Assembly (NCBI RefSeq): GCF_002945325.1
Contig: NZ_CP026606.1
Coordinates: forward strand, 960,001 to 992,000
Reading direction: 5' to 3'
DNA length: 32,000 bases
From: Methanococcus maripaludis
Lineage (GTDB): Archaea; AGJL01; Methanococci; Methanococcales; Methanococcaceae
This document shows positions 1 through 9,784 of this stretch, one piece after another; the stretch's first letter is position 1, and each line of letters starts with the position of its first letter. The notes under the pieces were generated by a model that was not told the origin of the DNA, searched no databases, and worked only from the letters and a program-made list of their open reading frames with translations. Position numbers and translations under genes: made by a program.

Positions 1-101
1 TACTTATTTTTAAGTTTTACTACCGCTTCGTAGTCGTATTCTCCTTCCAAGATACTTCCAGGGTAGTGTATCTTGATATATAGAGTTGGTCTTTTTTTCA
101 A
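1..101 (-). CDS. 5' end of an unidentified gene running off the left edge of the window (partial)
   Basis: On the minus strand, GGAGGTG (113-107) sits about 6 nt upstream of a TTG at 101-99. An open frame then reads KKRPTLYIKIHYPGSILEGEYDYEAVVKLKNK to position 1. It is too short to identify and is not in the ORF track. Confidence 0.3.
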   Translation of the reverse strand, partial: MKKRPTLYIKIHYPGSILEGEYDYEAVVKLKNK

Positions 102-158
102 AAAAGCACCTCCAATTCTACTGTCAATTTTATATACCAATCATAATTATTTAAGGTT

Positions 159-1268
159 ATGATCGGATTTAGAATGACTTCAAAAAACAAGTACAGTATT
201 TCAAAATTATATCCTCTAGTAGGTGGGACACTATTCAAAGAATTTAGCGAAATAATTGAAAATCTGGATTCTTTAGATATTTTAATATATTCATTTATGA
301 GTATGCAGGAAAAAGAAGTTTTAAACGAAATAAATGAATTAAAAAAACTAAAAAAAGATGTTATATTAATTGCGGGAGGAGCTCACCCATCAGGATGTCC
401 AGAAGATACATTAAACATGGGATTTGACCACGTAATAATTGGTGAAGGGGAAATTTCACTACCAAATCTTATAAATTCTATAAAATCTGGAAAAACTTCT
501 GAAAAAATAATTAAAGGAATAATAATTGAGAATTTTGACAATTATGAAAAAATATGGCCCCTTGCACCAATAGAAATTACAAGAGGGTGTCCCTACAACT
601 GTAGATTCTGCCAGACTCCCCAAATATTTGGAAAAAATATAAGGCATAGAAGTATTGAAAGTATCGTAAAAATTGTAAAAACTATGGGCGATATCCGGTT
701 TGTAACCCCAAACGCGTTTTCATATGGGTCCAAAACAGGAACAAAACCAGATATTGAAAAACTTGAAAAATTGATGAAAAGTCTCTTTGAAATTAAAAAA
801 AGGCTCTTTTTTGGAACTTTTCCATCAGAAGTAAGGCCGGAATTTGTAAAATTTGAAACACTTGATTTAGTAAATAAGTATTGCGACAATAGATACATTC
901 ATTTTGGAGCGCAGAGCGGAAGCGATGAAGTTTTAAAACATATAAGACGCGGTCACACAGTTTCAGATGTTATAAATGCTGTTGAAACGTCTAAAGAATG
1001 TGATTTAATTCCAAAAGTTGATTTTATATTTGGTTTTCCAGACGAAACAAAAGATCAAAGAAAAGAAAGCATTGATCTGATGAAATACATTATAAAAAAG
1101 AATGGAAAAGTCCATGCACACTATTTTATGCCCCTTTGTGGAACTTACTTTGAAAACAGCACCCCAGAATTACTTGAAAAAGAAACCTTAGATATTTTAG
1201 GAAAAATGGCAAAAAAAGGACAGATTACTGGTTCGTGGGGATACCAGTACTCCAAAAATTTAGAATGA
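159..1268 (+). CDS. Radical SAM protein (B12-binding-domain/radical-SAM class, archaeal type)
   Basis: 369-aa ORF with the CxxxCxxC cluster motif in RGCPYNCRFCQTP. The N-terminal region has a Rossmann-like GGAHPS segment. The family assignment is from motif recognition only. Confidence 0.8.
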   Translation: MIGFRMTSKNKYSISKLYPLVGGTLFKEFSEIIENLDSLDILIYSFMSMQEKEVLNEINELKKLKKDVILIAGGAHPSGCPEDTLNMGFDHVIIGEGEISLPNLINSIKSGKTSEKIIKGIIIENFDNYEKIWPLAPIEITRGCPYNCRFCQTPQIFGKNIRHRSIESIVKIVKTMGDIRFVTPNAFSYGSKTGTKPDIEKLEKLMKSLFEIKKRLFFGTFPSEVRPEFVKFETLDLVNKYCDNRYIHFGAQSGSDEVLKHIRRGHTVSDVINAVETSKECDLIPKVDFIFGFPDETKDQRKESIDLMKYIIKKNGKVHAHYFMPLCGTYFENSTPELLEKETLDILGKMAKKGQITGSWGYQYSKNLE

Positions 1269-1272
1269 AAAT

Positions 1273-1752
<480 letters not shown>

Positions 1753-1775
1753 TTAAAATAGCTAATTAAATGTAA

Positions 1776-2729
1776 TTAGTGAATTCTTTCGATGATAAAA
1801 TCTGCAATGTTTTCGAGATTTTTTCTTTTTTCTGCATCGAATATTTTTAAGTAATCTTTAGCTTCTTCTGTTGCGTTTTTCATTGTATCTTTTGCATAAT
1901 TAATAGAATCGGCTAAAAGTTCAATTGCTTCTGCAACTTCTTGTTGATTTGCATCTTGATTTCCTAAAATCTGCAATAATCTTTCTTTTTTATCTTCAGA
2001 AAGGTTTTCCATTGCGTGAATTACCATCATTGTCTTTTTACCTTCAACAATGTCACTACCCACAGGCTTTCCGATTGTTTTTTGATCCCCAATTAAATCT
2101 AAAACATCGTCTTGAATCTGGAAAGTCATTCCAATTCTTTTTGCATAATTACAGAGTGCTTCTCTTTCTTCAGGAGTGCAGTCTGCCATAACTGCTCCAA
2201 TTTCTACAGGGGCTACAATTAAAGCACCTGTTTTTTTGGAAATCATTTCAAGGTATTCATCTAAAGTCGGGAATCTTTCTTCAAATTCCATGTCTTCAGT
2301 CTGTCCTTCGCAGACTTCAACACATGCCTTAGATAAAACCTTTAAAACTTCGTGAGCCTTTTTACTATCTTCAATATTTGAAAGAGCTTCAAAAGCCTTT
2401 GCATATAACAAATCTCCAGCCAAAATTGCGATTGGTTCACCATAAACCGTGTGAACTGTAGGGATTCCCCTTCTTTGGTCATCATTATCCATTATATCGT
2501 CATGAACTAATGTATAATTATGAATCAATTCAACAGAAAGTGCTGGTGCCATTATTTCAGTAAGGTCATCTTTCTTCAAGAGATATGTTAAAATTGAAAG
2601 ATAAGGTCTTACTCTTTTACCGCCTGCAAGTAATAGGTGTTTTGATGCACCGTAAAGTTTAGTATCTTTTTCCATATATTTTTTGAGTTCAGAATCGATT
2701 TTTGACAATATTTCCCTATCAAACACCAT
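1776..2729 (-). CDS. idsA: Polyprenyl (geranylgeranyl) diphosphate synthase
   Basis: 317 aa with both aspartate-rich motifs, DDIMDNDDQRRG and DDVLD. Archaeal short-chain trans-prenyltransferase architecture. Confidence 0.9.
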   Translation of the reverse strand: MVFDREILSKIDSELKKYMEKDTKLYGASKHLLLAGGKRVRPYLSILTYLLKKDDLTEIMAPALSVELIHNYTLVHDDIMDNDDQRRGIPTVHTVYGEPIAILAGDLLYAKAFEALSNIEDSKKAHEVLKVLSKACVEVCEGQTEDMEFEERFPTLDEYLEMISKKTGALIVAPVEIGAVMADCTPEEREALCNYAKRIGMTFQIQDDVLDLIGDQKTIGKPVGSDIVEGKKTMMVIHAMENLSEDKKERLLQILGNQDANQQEVAEAIELLADSINYAKDTMKNATEEAKDYLKIFDAEKRKNLENIADFIIERIH

Positions 2730-2742
2730 TTTAGCACCTCAA

Positions 2743-4089
2743 TTAAATTACTCTTTCAAATTTCAAGCTTTGACCGTTTCTGAGTAAGTGTACATCTTCA
2801 CCGAGTCTGAATCCTTCTTCTTCTGCTAATTTAGCATATGCTGAAGTTAAATTAAAATCACCGTGGGCAGGTATCAAATGTTCTGGTTGTAACCATCTTA
2901 ATATGTCCCTGTGATCTTCTTTTGCTGCGTGTCCAGATACGTGAGCTCCTTTAAATAGCCTAACTCCTGCTAAATTTAATCTTGCTTCCAATAAATATCT
3001 TTGTGCCGCATTCATTGGGTTTGGAATAACATCTGCTGAAAATACAACCTGATCGTATTTTTCAAACCTGAATGGAGTTTTATTTGTTGCCATCCTGGAT
3101 AAAACCGCACCTTCTTCTCCCTGGTGTCCTGTAACAACCATAAGGTAGTTTTCTTTACCGTCTTTCATTATCTGGTGGAAGGTTTTATCGATTGATGAAG
3201 GGTCCCAGCAAATTTTTGTTTCTTTTGGGAATTTTACTAAACCGATATCTTGTGCAATTCCACAGTATTTTGACATTGATCTTCCAACAAGTACTGGAAT
3301 TCTGCCCATTTTTGAAGCAATATCGGTAATGGATTTAATTCTTGCAATGTGTGATGAAAATGTAGTTACCACAACTGCATTGTCTTCATTGTCAGTTCCT
3401 AAAAGGTCGTTTTTCAAAAGGTTTGCAGCAACTCCTTCTGATGCTGTTTTTCCTTCAAAATCAACTCTTGTACTTTCGGAAACCATTGCAATTACGCCCT
3501 GTTTTCCAATTCTTTTTAACGCTTTGTAATCTGGTTTTTCGCCAACTACAGGGAAATTATCAAATTTAAAGTCGTTTCCATAAACTACTGCACCATAAGG
3601 TGTGTGAAGTACTGCCATTGCAGCATCAGGAATACTGTGTGTAATTTTTACAAATTCTAAAGTAATATTTGCTGTTAAATCTAATTTATTTCCGTTTTCT
3701 AAAGTAATTAATGGATTTCTAACATCAAATTTCTTTTCGCTTAAAATTTCTCTTTTTACGAGTTCTAAAGTATATGGAGTTCCGATAATTGGAGCGTTGT
3801 ACCTGTGTGCAAGTTTTGTAATTGCTCCGATGTGGTCGAGGTGCCCGTGTGTTAAAACAATCGCCTTAACCTCTCCTTCGATATTTTTCATTACCGTATC
3901 ATCTGGAATTACGCCCATCTCAATTAAATTTAAACTGTGCATTTTTGAGATGTCCGTATCCTCGTGAATCATTATCCTGTCGAGTCTTACACCCATATCG
4001 AAAATTATGATCTCGCCGTCGATATTTACGGCAGTCATGTTCCTTCCGACTTCTTCGTATCCACCTATTGCGACTACTTCTAACTGCAA
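2743..4089 (-). CDS. rnj: Archaeal RNase J (beta-CASP metallo-beta-lactamase ribonuclease)
   Basis: 448 aa with the HGHLDH metal motif and a later GHQGEEG...HVSGHA beta-CASP-type region. Size and layout match archaeal RNase J. Confidence 0.85.
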   Translation of the reverse strand: MQLEVVAIGGYEEVGRNMTAVNIDGEIIIFDMGVRLDRIMIHEDTDISKMHSLNLIEMGVIPDDTVMKNIEGEVKAIVLTHGHLDHIGAITKLAHRYNAPIIGTPYTLELVKREILSEKKFDVRNPLITLENGNKLDLTANITLEFVKITHSIPDAAMAVLHTPYGAVVYGNDFKFDNFPVVGEKPDYKALKRIGKQGVIAMVSESTRVDFEGKTASEGVAANLLKNDLLGTDNEDNAVVVTTFSSHIARIKSITDIASKMGRIPVLVGRSMSKYCGIAQDIGLVKFPKETKICWDPSSIDKTFHQIMKDGKENYLMVVTGHQGEEGAVLSRMATNKTPFRFEKYDQVVFSADVIPNPMNAAQRYLLEARLNLAGVRLFKGAHVSGHAAKEDHRDILRWLQPEHLIPAHGDFNLTSAYAKLAEEEGFRLGEDVHLLRNGQSLKFERVI

Positions 4090-4161
4090 ATTATCACATC
4101 CTTTGCTTTGAATACATGAATAAATAAATTGAAAAAATTCCGATGGATAATATTTAAATTA

Positions 4162-5229
4162 TTAAATCTGATCCTTCCAATTCTTTAAATCGCCTTTTAA
4201 AATATATCTGGCAGATTTTAGTTCGTTTATGTTATTACATCCTGTCAAAAACATTGTAGTTTTTAACTCTTTAATCATTCTCTCTAGAACAGTTGTAACA
4301 GCTTCTGAAGACTTTAATGCTGCTTTTAAAATTGGTAAAGCAGTTCCACAGCAGTTTGCACCAATTGAAATTGATTTTGCAATATCGATTCCAGTCCTGA
4401 TTCCGCCTGTTGCAATTATCGGTCCTGAAAAGGCTGAATTTACTTCCAGAATTGATGCGGCAGTTGGAATTCCCCAGTTAAAATACTGGTTTGAAAAATT
4501 CTTCTGCTCTTCATCTTTTATCCTGTAAAGCTCTACAGCAGCCCATGAAGTTCCGCCGCTTCCGCCGACATCTATCGCATCAAAGCCAATTTCTTTTAAA
4601 AAAATGGCATCTTTTTTTGAAAATCCTTCGCCAACCTGCTTTGCGATAAATGGAATTTTTCCGTGAATTTTATTGTAATTTGAAATTATTTCTTTTAAAA
4701 TATTAAGTCCTTTGAAGTTTACATCGCCTTCAGGCTGTATAGCTTCCTGTAGTGGATTGAAATGAATCGCCATGGCATCTGCATCAATCATTTCTACAGA
4801 CTTTGAAATAATTTCTTCATCCCATGAATCTTCCACAAAGTTAACTGCTCCAAGGTTTCCGATAATTAATGAGGAAGTGTGATCCCTTACAACAGAATAG
4901 GTATCTTCAAGGTAGCTTTTTGATATAGCCGCCCTTTGTGAACCTACACCCATACCTAAATTCAGTTCCTCAACAGCAATAGCAATATTTTTATTGACTT
5001 CCTTTGCTTTAGGGTGTCCACCAGTTATTGCTGCTACAATTAACGGAGAATTTAATTTTTTTCCAAAAATTTCGATAGATGTATCGATATCGTCTAAATC
5101 GCAGTTTGATATACCGCTGTGAATTAATTCAACGTCCTCAAGAAGGGTCCCTTTTTTATACTCCACGTCACAGTGGTCGCACACAATAAGGTGTTCCAAC
5201 TTTCTATATTCAATGCTATTATTATTCAC
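4162..5229 (-). CDS. fni: Type 2 (FMN-dependent) isopentenyl-diphosphate delta-isomerase
   Basis: 355 aa TIM-barrel FMN enzyme with IDVGGSGGTSWAAVE and ATGGIRTG segments typical of IDI-2. Confidence 0.9.
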   Translation of the reverse strand: MNNNSIEYRKLEHLIVCDHCDVEYKKGTLLEDVELIHSGISNCDLDDIDTSIEIFGKKLNSPLIVAAITGGHPKAKEVNKNIAIAVEELNLGMGVGSQRAAISKSYLEDTYSVVRDHTSSLIIGNLGAVNFVEDSWDEEIISKSVEMIDADAMAIHFNPLQEAIQPEGDVNFKGLNILKEIISNYNKIHGKIPFIAKQVGEGFSKKDAIFLKEIGFDAIDVGGSGGTSWAAVELYRIKDEEQKNFSNQYFNWGIPTAASILEVNSAFSGPIIATGGIRTGIDIAKSISIGANCCGTALPILKAALKSSEAVTTVLERMIKELKTTMFLTGCNNINELKSARYILKGDLKNWKDQI

Positions 5230-5624
5230 GAATAACCACCTATATATTATTATCTAAAGTCCGAAAAATTACAGTTATAAAAACAAGGGCTGGTAAATGA
5301 TAAAAAGCTTTTCCAGATGAAAGAATAAAAAAATGGCCATAGTAATTTAAATTTAAGCTTAATTTTTAGATTTTTAATAAATTTAAATTCTACCTGTTTT
5401 TTTAATTTAGGCAGTAATTAAGATGTAAAAAACAGATTTTATTCCCAACTAAATTAATTTTATTTCTTAAATACTTTTGGGTGGTTTATGATTCCCATTA
5501 CTAAAACGCTAAGGTTTTTGCACACAGTATATAAAACTATCGATGATTTAATTACATACACTGTTTTTAGTTCCGTTTTGTTCTTAGAATTGCGATTCTA
5601 TTTAGTAAATCATATATATACTTT

Positions 5625-5665
5625 TCGAAATATATAAATACTATCGTGCGAAAACTATATATGAA
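5625..5665 (+). promoter_or_regulatory. Two tandem BRE/TATA-like elements upstream of Gar1-TFB
   Basis: The elements are cgaaa+tatataaata (5625-5640) and gcgaaaac+tatatatg (5648-5663). The archaeal BRE (cgaaa) then TATA order is correct for plus-strand transcription. Confidence 0.5.
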
Positions 5666-5731
5666 TCGATTTTATTGTTAAATATTCATAACTCTCGATA
5701 TACCATAATCATTCGATATGGGGGAATCTCG

Positions 5732-6013
5732 TTGGAAAAAATAAAAATACTGCATAGAACTCCAAAAGGAAAAATAATTGGGCGTGTTAAAAAACAGCCT
5801 CGTTTTAATTCGCCTGTTGGAATAAAACTTAAAGATAGAGTTAAAAAGATTGGAAAAATCTACGATGTATTTGGACCTGTTGAAGAACCGTATGTAAAAA
5901 TAATTCCTTATAGTGAAGACGACGCTGAAAAAACCTTGGAATCGGATAATGTTTTCGTTATGAATGAACAATCAAAAAAACAATCAAAACCCCGTAAAAA
6001 AGGAAGAAGATAA
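5732..6013 (+). CDS. gar1: H/ACA ribonucleoprotein component Gar1
   Basis: The core GKIIGRVKK...VFGPVEEPYVKI is Gar1-like, followed by a lysine-rich tail. The tracked ORF (5675) begins at a TTG inside the promoter. I prefer the TTG at 5732, which is preceded by the purine run tatggggga (5717-5725). Confidence 0.75.
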   Translation: MEKIKILHRTPKGKIIGRVKKQPRFNSPVGIKLKDRVKKIGKIYDVFGPVEEPYVKIIPYSEDDAEKTLESDNVFVMNEQSKKQSKPRKKGRR

Positions 6014-6031
6014 CTTTAAGACGGTGTTATC

Positions 6032-7051
6032 ATGAAAATCGAATCTGTTACAAAAGAAGATACTAAAAAGCCTGAAAGAAAGATTAAAATTGCTATCGCA
6101 AAGCCTGAAGACTACTCAAATAAGAATGTTATTTTAGAAAAGGAAGAAGAATTAATCTGTCCTGTCTGTGGTAGTAAAAGTATTATTAAAGATTATGAAC
6201 GGGCTGAAATCGTTTGTGAAATGTGTGGATGTGTTTTACAGCAGAATTTATTTGACGTGGGTCCTGAATGGAGAGCCTTTGATCACGAACAGCGTGTAAA
6301 AAGAAGTAGGGTTGGAGCTCCAATGACTTATACAATCCACGATAAAGGTTTATCAACAGTTATCGACTGGAGAAATAAAGACAGCTACGGAAAAGATATT
6401 TCTGCAGATAAAAGAGCTCAACTTTATAGATTAAGAAAATGGCAGAGAAGAATCAGGGTTTCTGATGCATCTGAAAGAAACTTAGCTTTTGCACTTTCCG
6501 AACTTGACAGGATAGCTTCAAAATTGGGTCTTCCAAGAAACGTTAGGGAAAACGCTGCAGTTCTTTACAGGGGTGCTGTTGAAAAAGGGCTCATTAGGGG
6601 AAGAAGTATTGAAGGTGTTGCCGCTGCTGCACTCTACGCTGCATGCAGACGATGTAAAGTTCCAAGAACTCTTGATGAAATTGCAGAAGTTTCAAGAGTG
6701 GATAGAAAAGAAATTGGAAGAACATATAGATTTATTTCACGAGAATTAAACATCAGGCTTGCTCCAACAAATCCTGTGGATTATGTTCCAAGATTCGCTT
6801 CAGAATTAAAACTTCCAGGAGAAGTTGAATCAAAAGCAATATCAATCTTGCAAAAAGCAGGAGAACGTGGTCTTACTAGTGGTAGAGGACCTACGGGAGT
6901 TGCCGCTGCTGCAATTTATATTGCAAGTGTTTTACAGGGAACTAGAAGAACTCAGAGAGAAGTTGCAGATGTTGCAGGAGTTACTGAAGTTACAATAAGA
7001 AATAGGTACAAAGAGCTAACAGAACACTTAGATATCGATGTAACATTATAA
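6032..7051 (+). CDS. tfb: Transcription initiation factor IIB (TFB)
   Basis: 339 aa with an N-terminal Zn ribbon (CPVCGS...CEMCGC) and two cyclin-like repeats ([18 protein letters not shown] and [16 protein letters not shown]). A ggtg RBS lies 6 nt upstream. Confidence 0.95.
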   Translation: MKIESVTKEDTKKPERKIKIAIAKPEDYSNKNVILEKEEELICPVCGSKSIIKDYERAEIVCEMCGCVLQQNLFDVGPEWRAFDHEQRVKRSRVGAPMTYTIHDKGLSTVIDWRNKDSYGKDISADKRAQLYRLRKWQRRIRVSDASERNLAFALSELDRIASKLGLPRNVRENAAVLYRGAVEKGLIRGRSIEGVAAAALYAACRRCKVPRTLDEIAEVSRVDRKEIGRTYRFISRELNIRLAPTNPVDYVPRFASELKLPGEVESKAISILQKAGERGLTSGRGPTGVAAAAIYIASVLQGTRRTQREVADVAGVTEVTIRNRYKELTEHLDIDVTL

Positions 7052-7060
7052 GGTGATAAT

Positions 7061-8710
7061 ATGGGGCTTTTTGACAGAATCCAAAGCAGAGATTCCAATC
7101 CATCTGTCGCTAAAAAAAATAATGTATCTGAAAAAGTATCTGAAACCCCGAGCATACTTGATAATTCTGAAAAGGTCAAAAAACCCGAAATAAAAGTGGG
7201 TTTTTCAGTGAATGAACGGGCAAAACAGCCAGTAGAAGAATTTGAAAGAGATTCTACAAGCTCAATACTTGATAAATACTTTGTAAAAGTTGATGACATT
7301 GATTTTGATGTAATTATTGAAAAAGAAAATGGTGTCACACTATACAAGATTCCAGAAATCACTCTTATGAATACAGCTCTTGCAAAATTTTCAGATATGG
7401 ATATTAAAACAATAAAAGCGGAACTTTCAGAATCTACCCTTCAAAAATTAGGGCAGATTCAAGGATACCTTAAAAATTATTCGGAAAAAAATAATTTACA
7501 TTTAAGAGACATAGAAATACTCCATTTATCACACTATTTTTACTTAATAATTGGAAAATTAGGGCTTTTAGAAATTCCATTAAATGATAGCAAATTAGAA
7601 GAAGTAATGGTAAATGGTGTTGAATCACCTTCTTTTGTATTTCATAGAAAATACCAGATGTGTGAGACAAATATTAGACTTGATAGACACGAAGCAACGC
7701 GGGTTGTTGAAAGCATTGCTTATCTTGCAGGCAGGACTATTGATTCAAGAACTCCAATGCTTGATGCATTTTTACCAGATGGAAGCAGGGTTAACGCTAC
7801 AATGAGTGATGTTACATTGGGTGGAAATACAATTACCATTCGTAAGTTTAGTGAAGATCCATTAACTATTGTTGATTTGATTAATTTTGGAACTTTTGAT
7901 TTAGAACTTGCGGCATTCCTCTGGCAGGCTGTTGAAGGGTACTTTGGTGCAAAACCTGCAAACACACTTATTGTAGGTGGAACTGGTTCGGGTAAAACTA
8001 CAACTTTAAACGTTGTTTCAATGTTTTCGATGTATACCGATAGACTTGTAACTATTGAAGATACTCCAGAGTTACAGGTTCCACTAACGCACCTGATAAA
8101 AATGATTACAAGACCTGGAAGACCGGGTATTCAAGGTTATGAAATCACGATGGATGACCTGATTAAAAATTCCTTAAGGATGAGGCCTGACAGGATATTT
8201 GTAGGGGAAGTTAGGGGTAGTGAAGCCCACTCATTGCTTGTTGCTATGAACACCGGGCACGATGGATGTTCCGGAACTCTGCACGCAAACAGCGCAGATG
8301 AAGCACTCATTAGGTTAATAAACCCTCCTATGAACGTTCCAAAAGTTATGATGTCTTCAGTTGATTTTATCATAAACCAGCAGCGTATTAAACGTAATAA
8401 AAAAACTGTTAGAAGGATCCTTGGTGTTGTTGAAATCGGAGGAAGTGGGGAAAATATTACAAAAACTGAGCTCTTTAAATACGATGGAATAAGCGACAGT
8501 GTTGTAAAAACAGGAATTTGTATGTGGGAAGAAGACGTGTGCCAGATTGCAGGTATTACGAGAGATGAATTAATGGACGATAGAATCAATAGAAAGAAAG
8601 TACTAAAATATATGGTGAACAACAATATTAATGATATTAGAAAAGTAGGGGATGTACTTAAGCAATATCAGGAAAATCCAGAAAATGTCTTGAAAAACAT
8701 TTTGGAATAA
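7061..8710 (+). CDS. Type II/IV secretion-family ATPase (archaeal type IV pilus-like assembly ATPase, TadA/FlaI/VirB11 class)
   Basis: 549 aa with Walker A GGTGSGKTTT, Asp box TIEDTPEL, Walker B DRIFVGEVRGSEA and His box GHDGCSGTLHANSA. There is a long N-terminal extension. A ggtga RBS lies upstream, 9 bp after the TFB stop. Confidence 0.9.
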   Translation: MGLFDRIQSRDSNPSVAKKNNVSEKVSETPSILDNSEKVKKPEIKVGFSVNERAKQPVEEFERDSTSSILDKYFVKVDDIDFDVIIEKENGVTLYKIPEITLMNTALAKFSDMDIKTIKAELSESTLQKLGQIQGYLKNYSEKNNLHLRDIEILHLSHYFYLIIGKLGLLEIPLNDSKLEEVMVNGVESPSFVFHRKYQMCETNIRLDRHEATRVVESIAYLAGRTIDSRTPMLDAFLPDGSRVNATMSDVTLGGNTITIRKFSEDPLTIVDLINFGTFDLELAAFLWQAVEGYFGAKPANTLIVGGTGSGKTTTLNVVSMFSMYTDRLVTIEDTPELQVPLTHLIKMITRPGRPGIQGYEITMDDLIKNSLRMRPDRIFVGEVRGSEAHSLLVAMNTGHDGCSGTLHANSADEALIRLINPPMNVPKVMMSSVDFIINQQRIKRNKKTVRRILGVVEIGGSGENITKTELFKYDGISDSVVKTGICMWEEDVCQIAGITRDELMDDRINRKKVLKYMVNNNINDIRKVGDVLKQYQENPENVLKNILE

Positions 8711-8721
8711 TTGGGGTTTAG

Positions 8722-9780
8722 ATGAAAAGAAAAACTGAAAAAAAACAGGGTACTTTTGATAAACTCGCCAATACATTAAAAGGAGTTAAAACTCCGAAAA
8801 AAAGAAAAATATCTAGGGTTGGAAGATCGGAATATTTAAAAAAAATCTTCGAAAGAAAAACTGAAGATATACATAAAGATGAGATTTTAGAGTTTTACGA
8901 ACCATATATCGATGAAACTCCCGAAGTAAGTATTGACTTAGATGATTTACTTTTTGAAAAAAAAGAATTTGGAGCACTTGGCGGATACTCCAGATCTTTT
9001 TCATACTGGGTTACAAACACCTCATTTTTACCTTCTAAGAGGGATTACCAGTATGCAGGTATTGTAGATGAGCGAGTTTATTTCTTAAAGATGATGATTG
9101 CAGCAATCACCACGGTTGTTTTATTCATAATTTACGGTGTTTTGACCGGCGATGTATTTTCTGGCGTTTCTAATGGGGTACTTTTAGCAGTTATTATAGT
9201 TGTTGGTAGTATATTTTATCCAAAACTAAAATTAACATTGTTTAGAGGGGAAATTAAAATTCAGGTGTTAATGAGTATATTACACCTTATTTCAATGTTA
9301 AACTCTGGTGCTTCTGTTCAGGAATCCTTGAAAAATATTGCAAACAATCCAGAATATGGAATTACCTCTTTTGAATTTAGAAGTATTATAAAAGATATTA
9401 ATCAGGGTGGGTATAACTTCGTAGAAGCTCTCGAAAGAGCTAAAATGAGGACTAAAATACATATAATGAGACAGCTTTACGACCAGTTGATTCTTGCAGC
9501 AAATAAGGGTGGAACACAGCTTTTACTTGAAAATTTGTATAATGAAATTGTAAGAGAATCTATGTCAAAAATAGACAGTTCAAAATTCCAAATATCAAAT
9601 TTGGGAAATCTTATATTTGGTATTGGTTTGATTATCCCATTTTCAGGAATGATACAGTCAGCATTGGGTGCTCAGCAAGGATTTGACGGAATTATCAATG
9701 CTATTGACCTCGTGATGGGCAAAATAGGGTTAATGTCAACAATTATATTTACCATCTTTATTAAAATGAAGATTGAGTGA
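8722..9780 (+). CDS. Type II secretion system F-domain platform protein (TadB/PilC-like), copy 1
   Basis: 352 aa. A cytoplasmic lysine-rich N-terminus is followed by TM helices flanking a soluble helical domain (T2SSF-like layout). It lies 11 bp after the ATPase gene. Confidence 0.75.
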   Translation: MKRKTEKKQGTFDKLANTLKGVKTPKKRKISRVGRSEYLKKIFERKTEDIHKDEILEFYEPYIDETPEVSIDLDDLLFEKKEFGALGGYSRSFSYWVTNTSFLPSKRDYQYAGIVDERVYFLKMMIAAITTVVLFIIYGVLTGDVFSGVSNGVLLAVIIVVGSIFYPKLKLTLFRGEIKIQVLMSILHLISMLNSGASVQESLKNIANNPEYGITSFEFRSIIKDINQGGYNFVEALERAKMRTKIHIMRQLYDQLILAANKGGTQLLLENLYNEIVRESMSKIDSSKFQISNLGNLIFGIGLIIPFSGMIQSALGAQQGFDGIINAIDLVMGKIGLMSTIIFTIFIKMKIE

Positions 9781-9784
9781 AATT

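Noticed and set aside
5488-5637. A 49-codon ATG ORF in the fni/gar1 intergenic region.
   Set aside because: It has no RBS, it overlaps the predicted promoter, it has a low-complexity hydrophobic composition, and it ends in the TATA element. It is most likely a chance ORF.
5230-5674. Searched the 445-bp divergent intergenic region for a tRNA, C/D-box or H/ACA sRNA.
   Set aside because: There is no cloverleaf. The only near C-box (cgatgattt, about 5541) lacks a matching D box (CTGA) at suitable distance and has no terminal stem. Nothing is convincing by eye.
5675-5731. The 5' extension of the Gar1 ORF (MLNIHNSRYTIIIRYGGIS).
   Set aside because: It starts at a TTG that lies only ~10 nt downstream of the second BRE/TATA element (too close to be within the transcript), and it encodes an implausible hydrophobic and aromatic peptide. 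A purine-rich stretch followed by a TTG at 5732 fits the conserved Gar1 core better.
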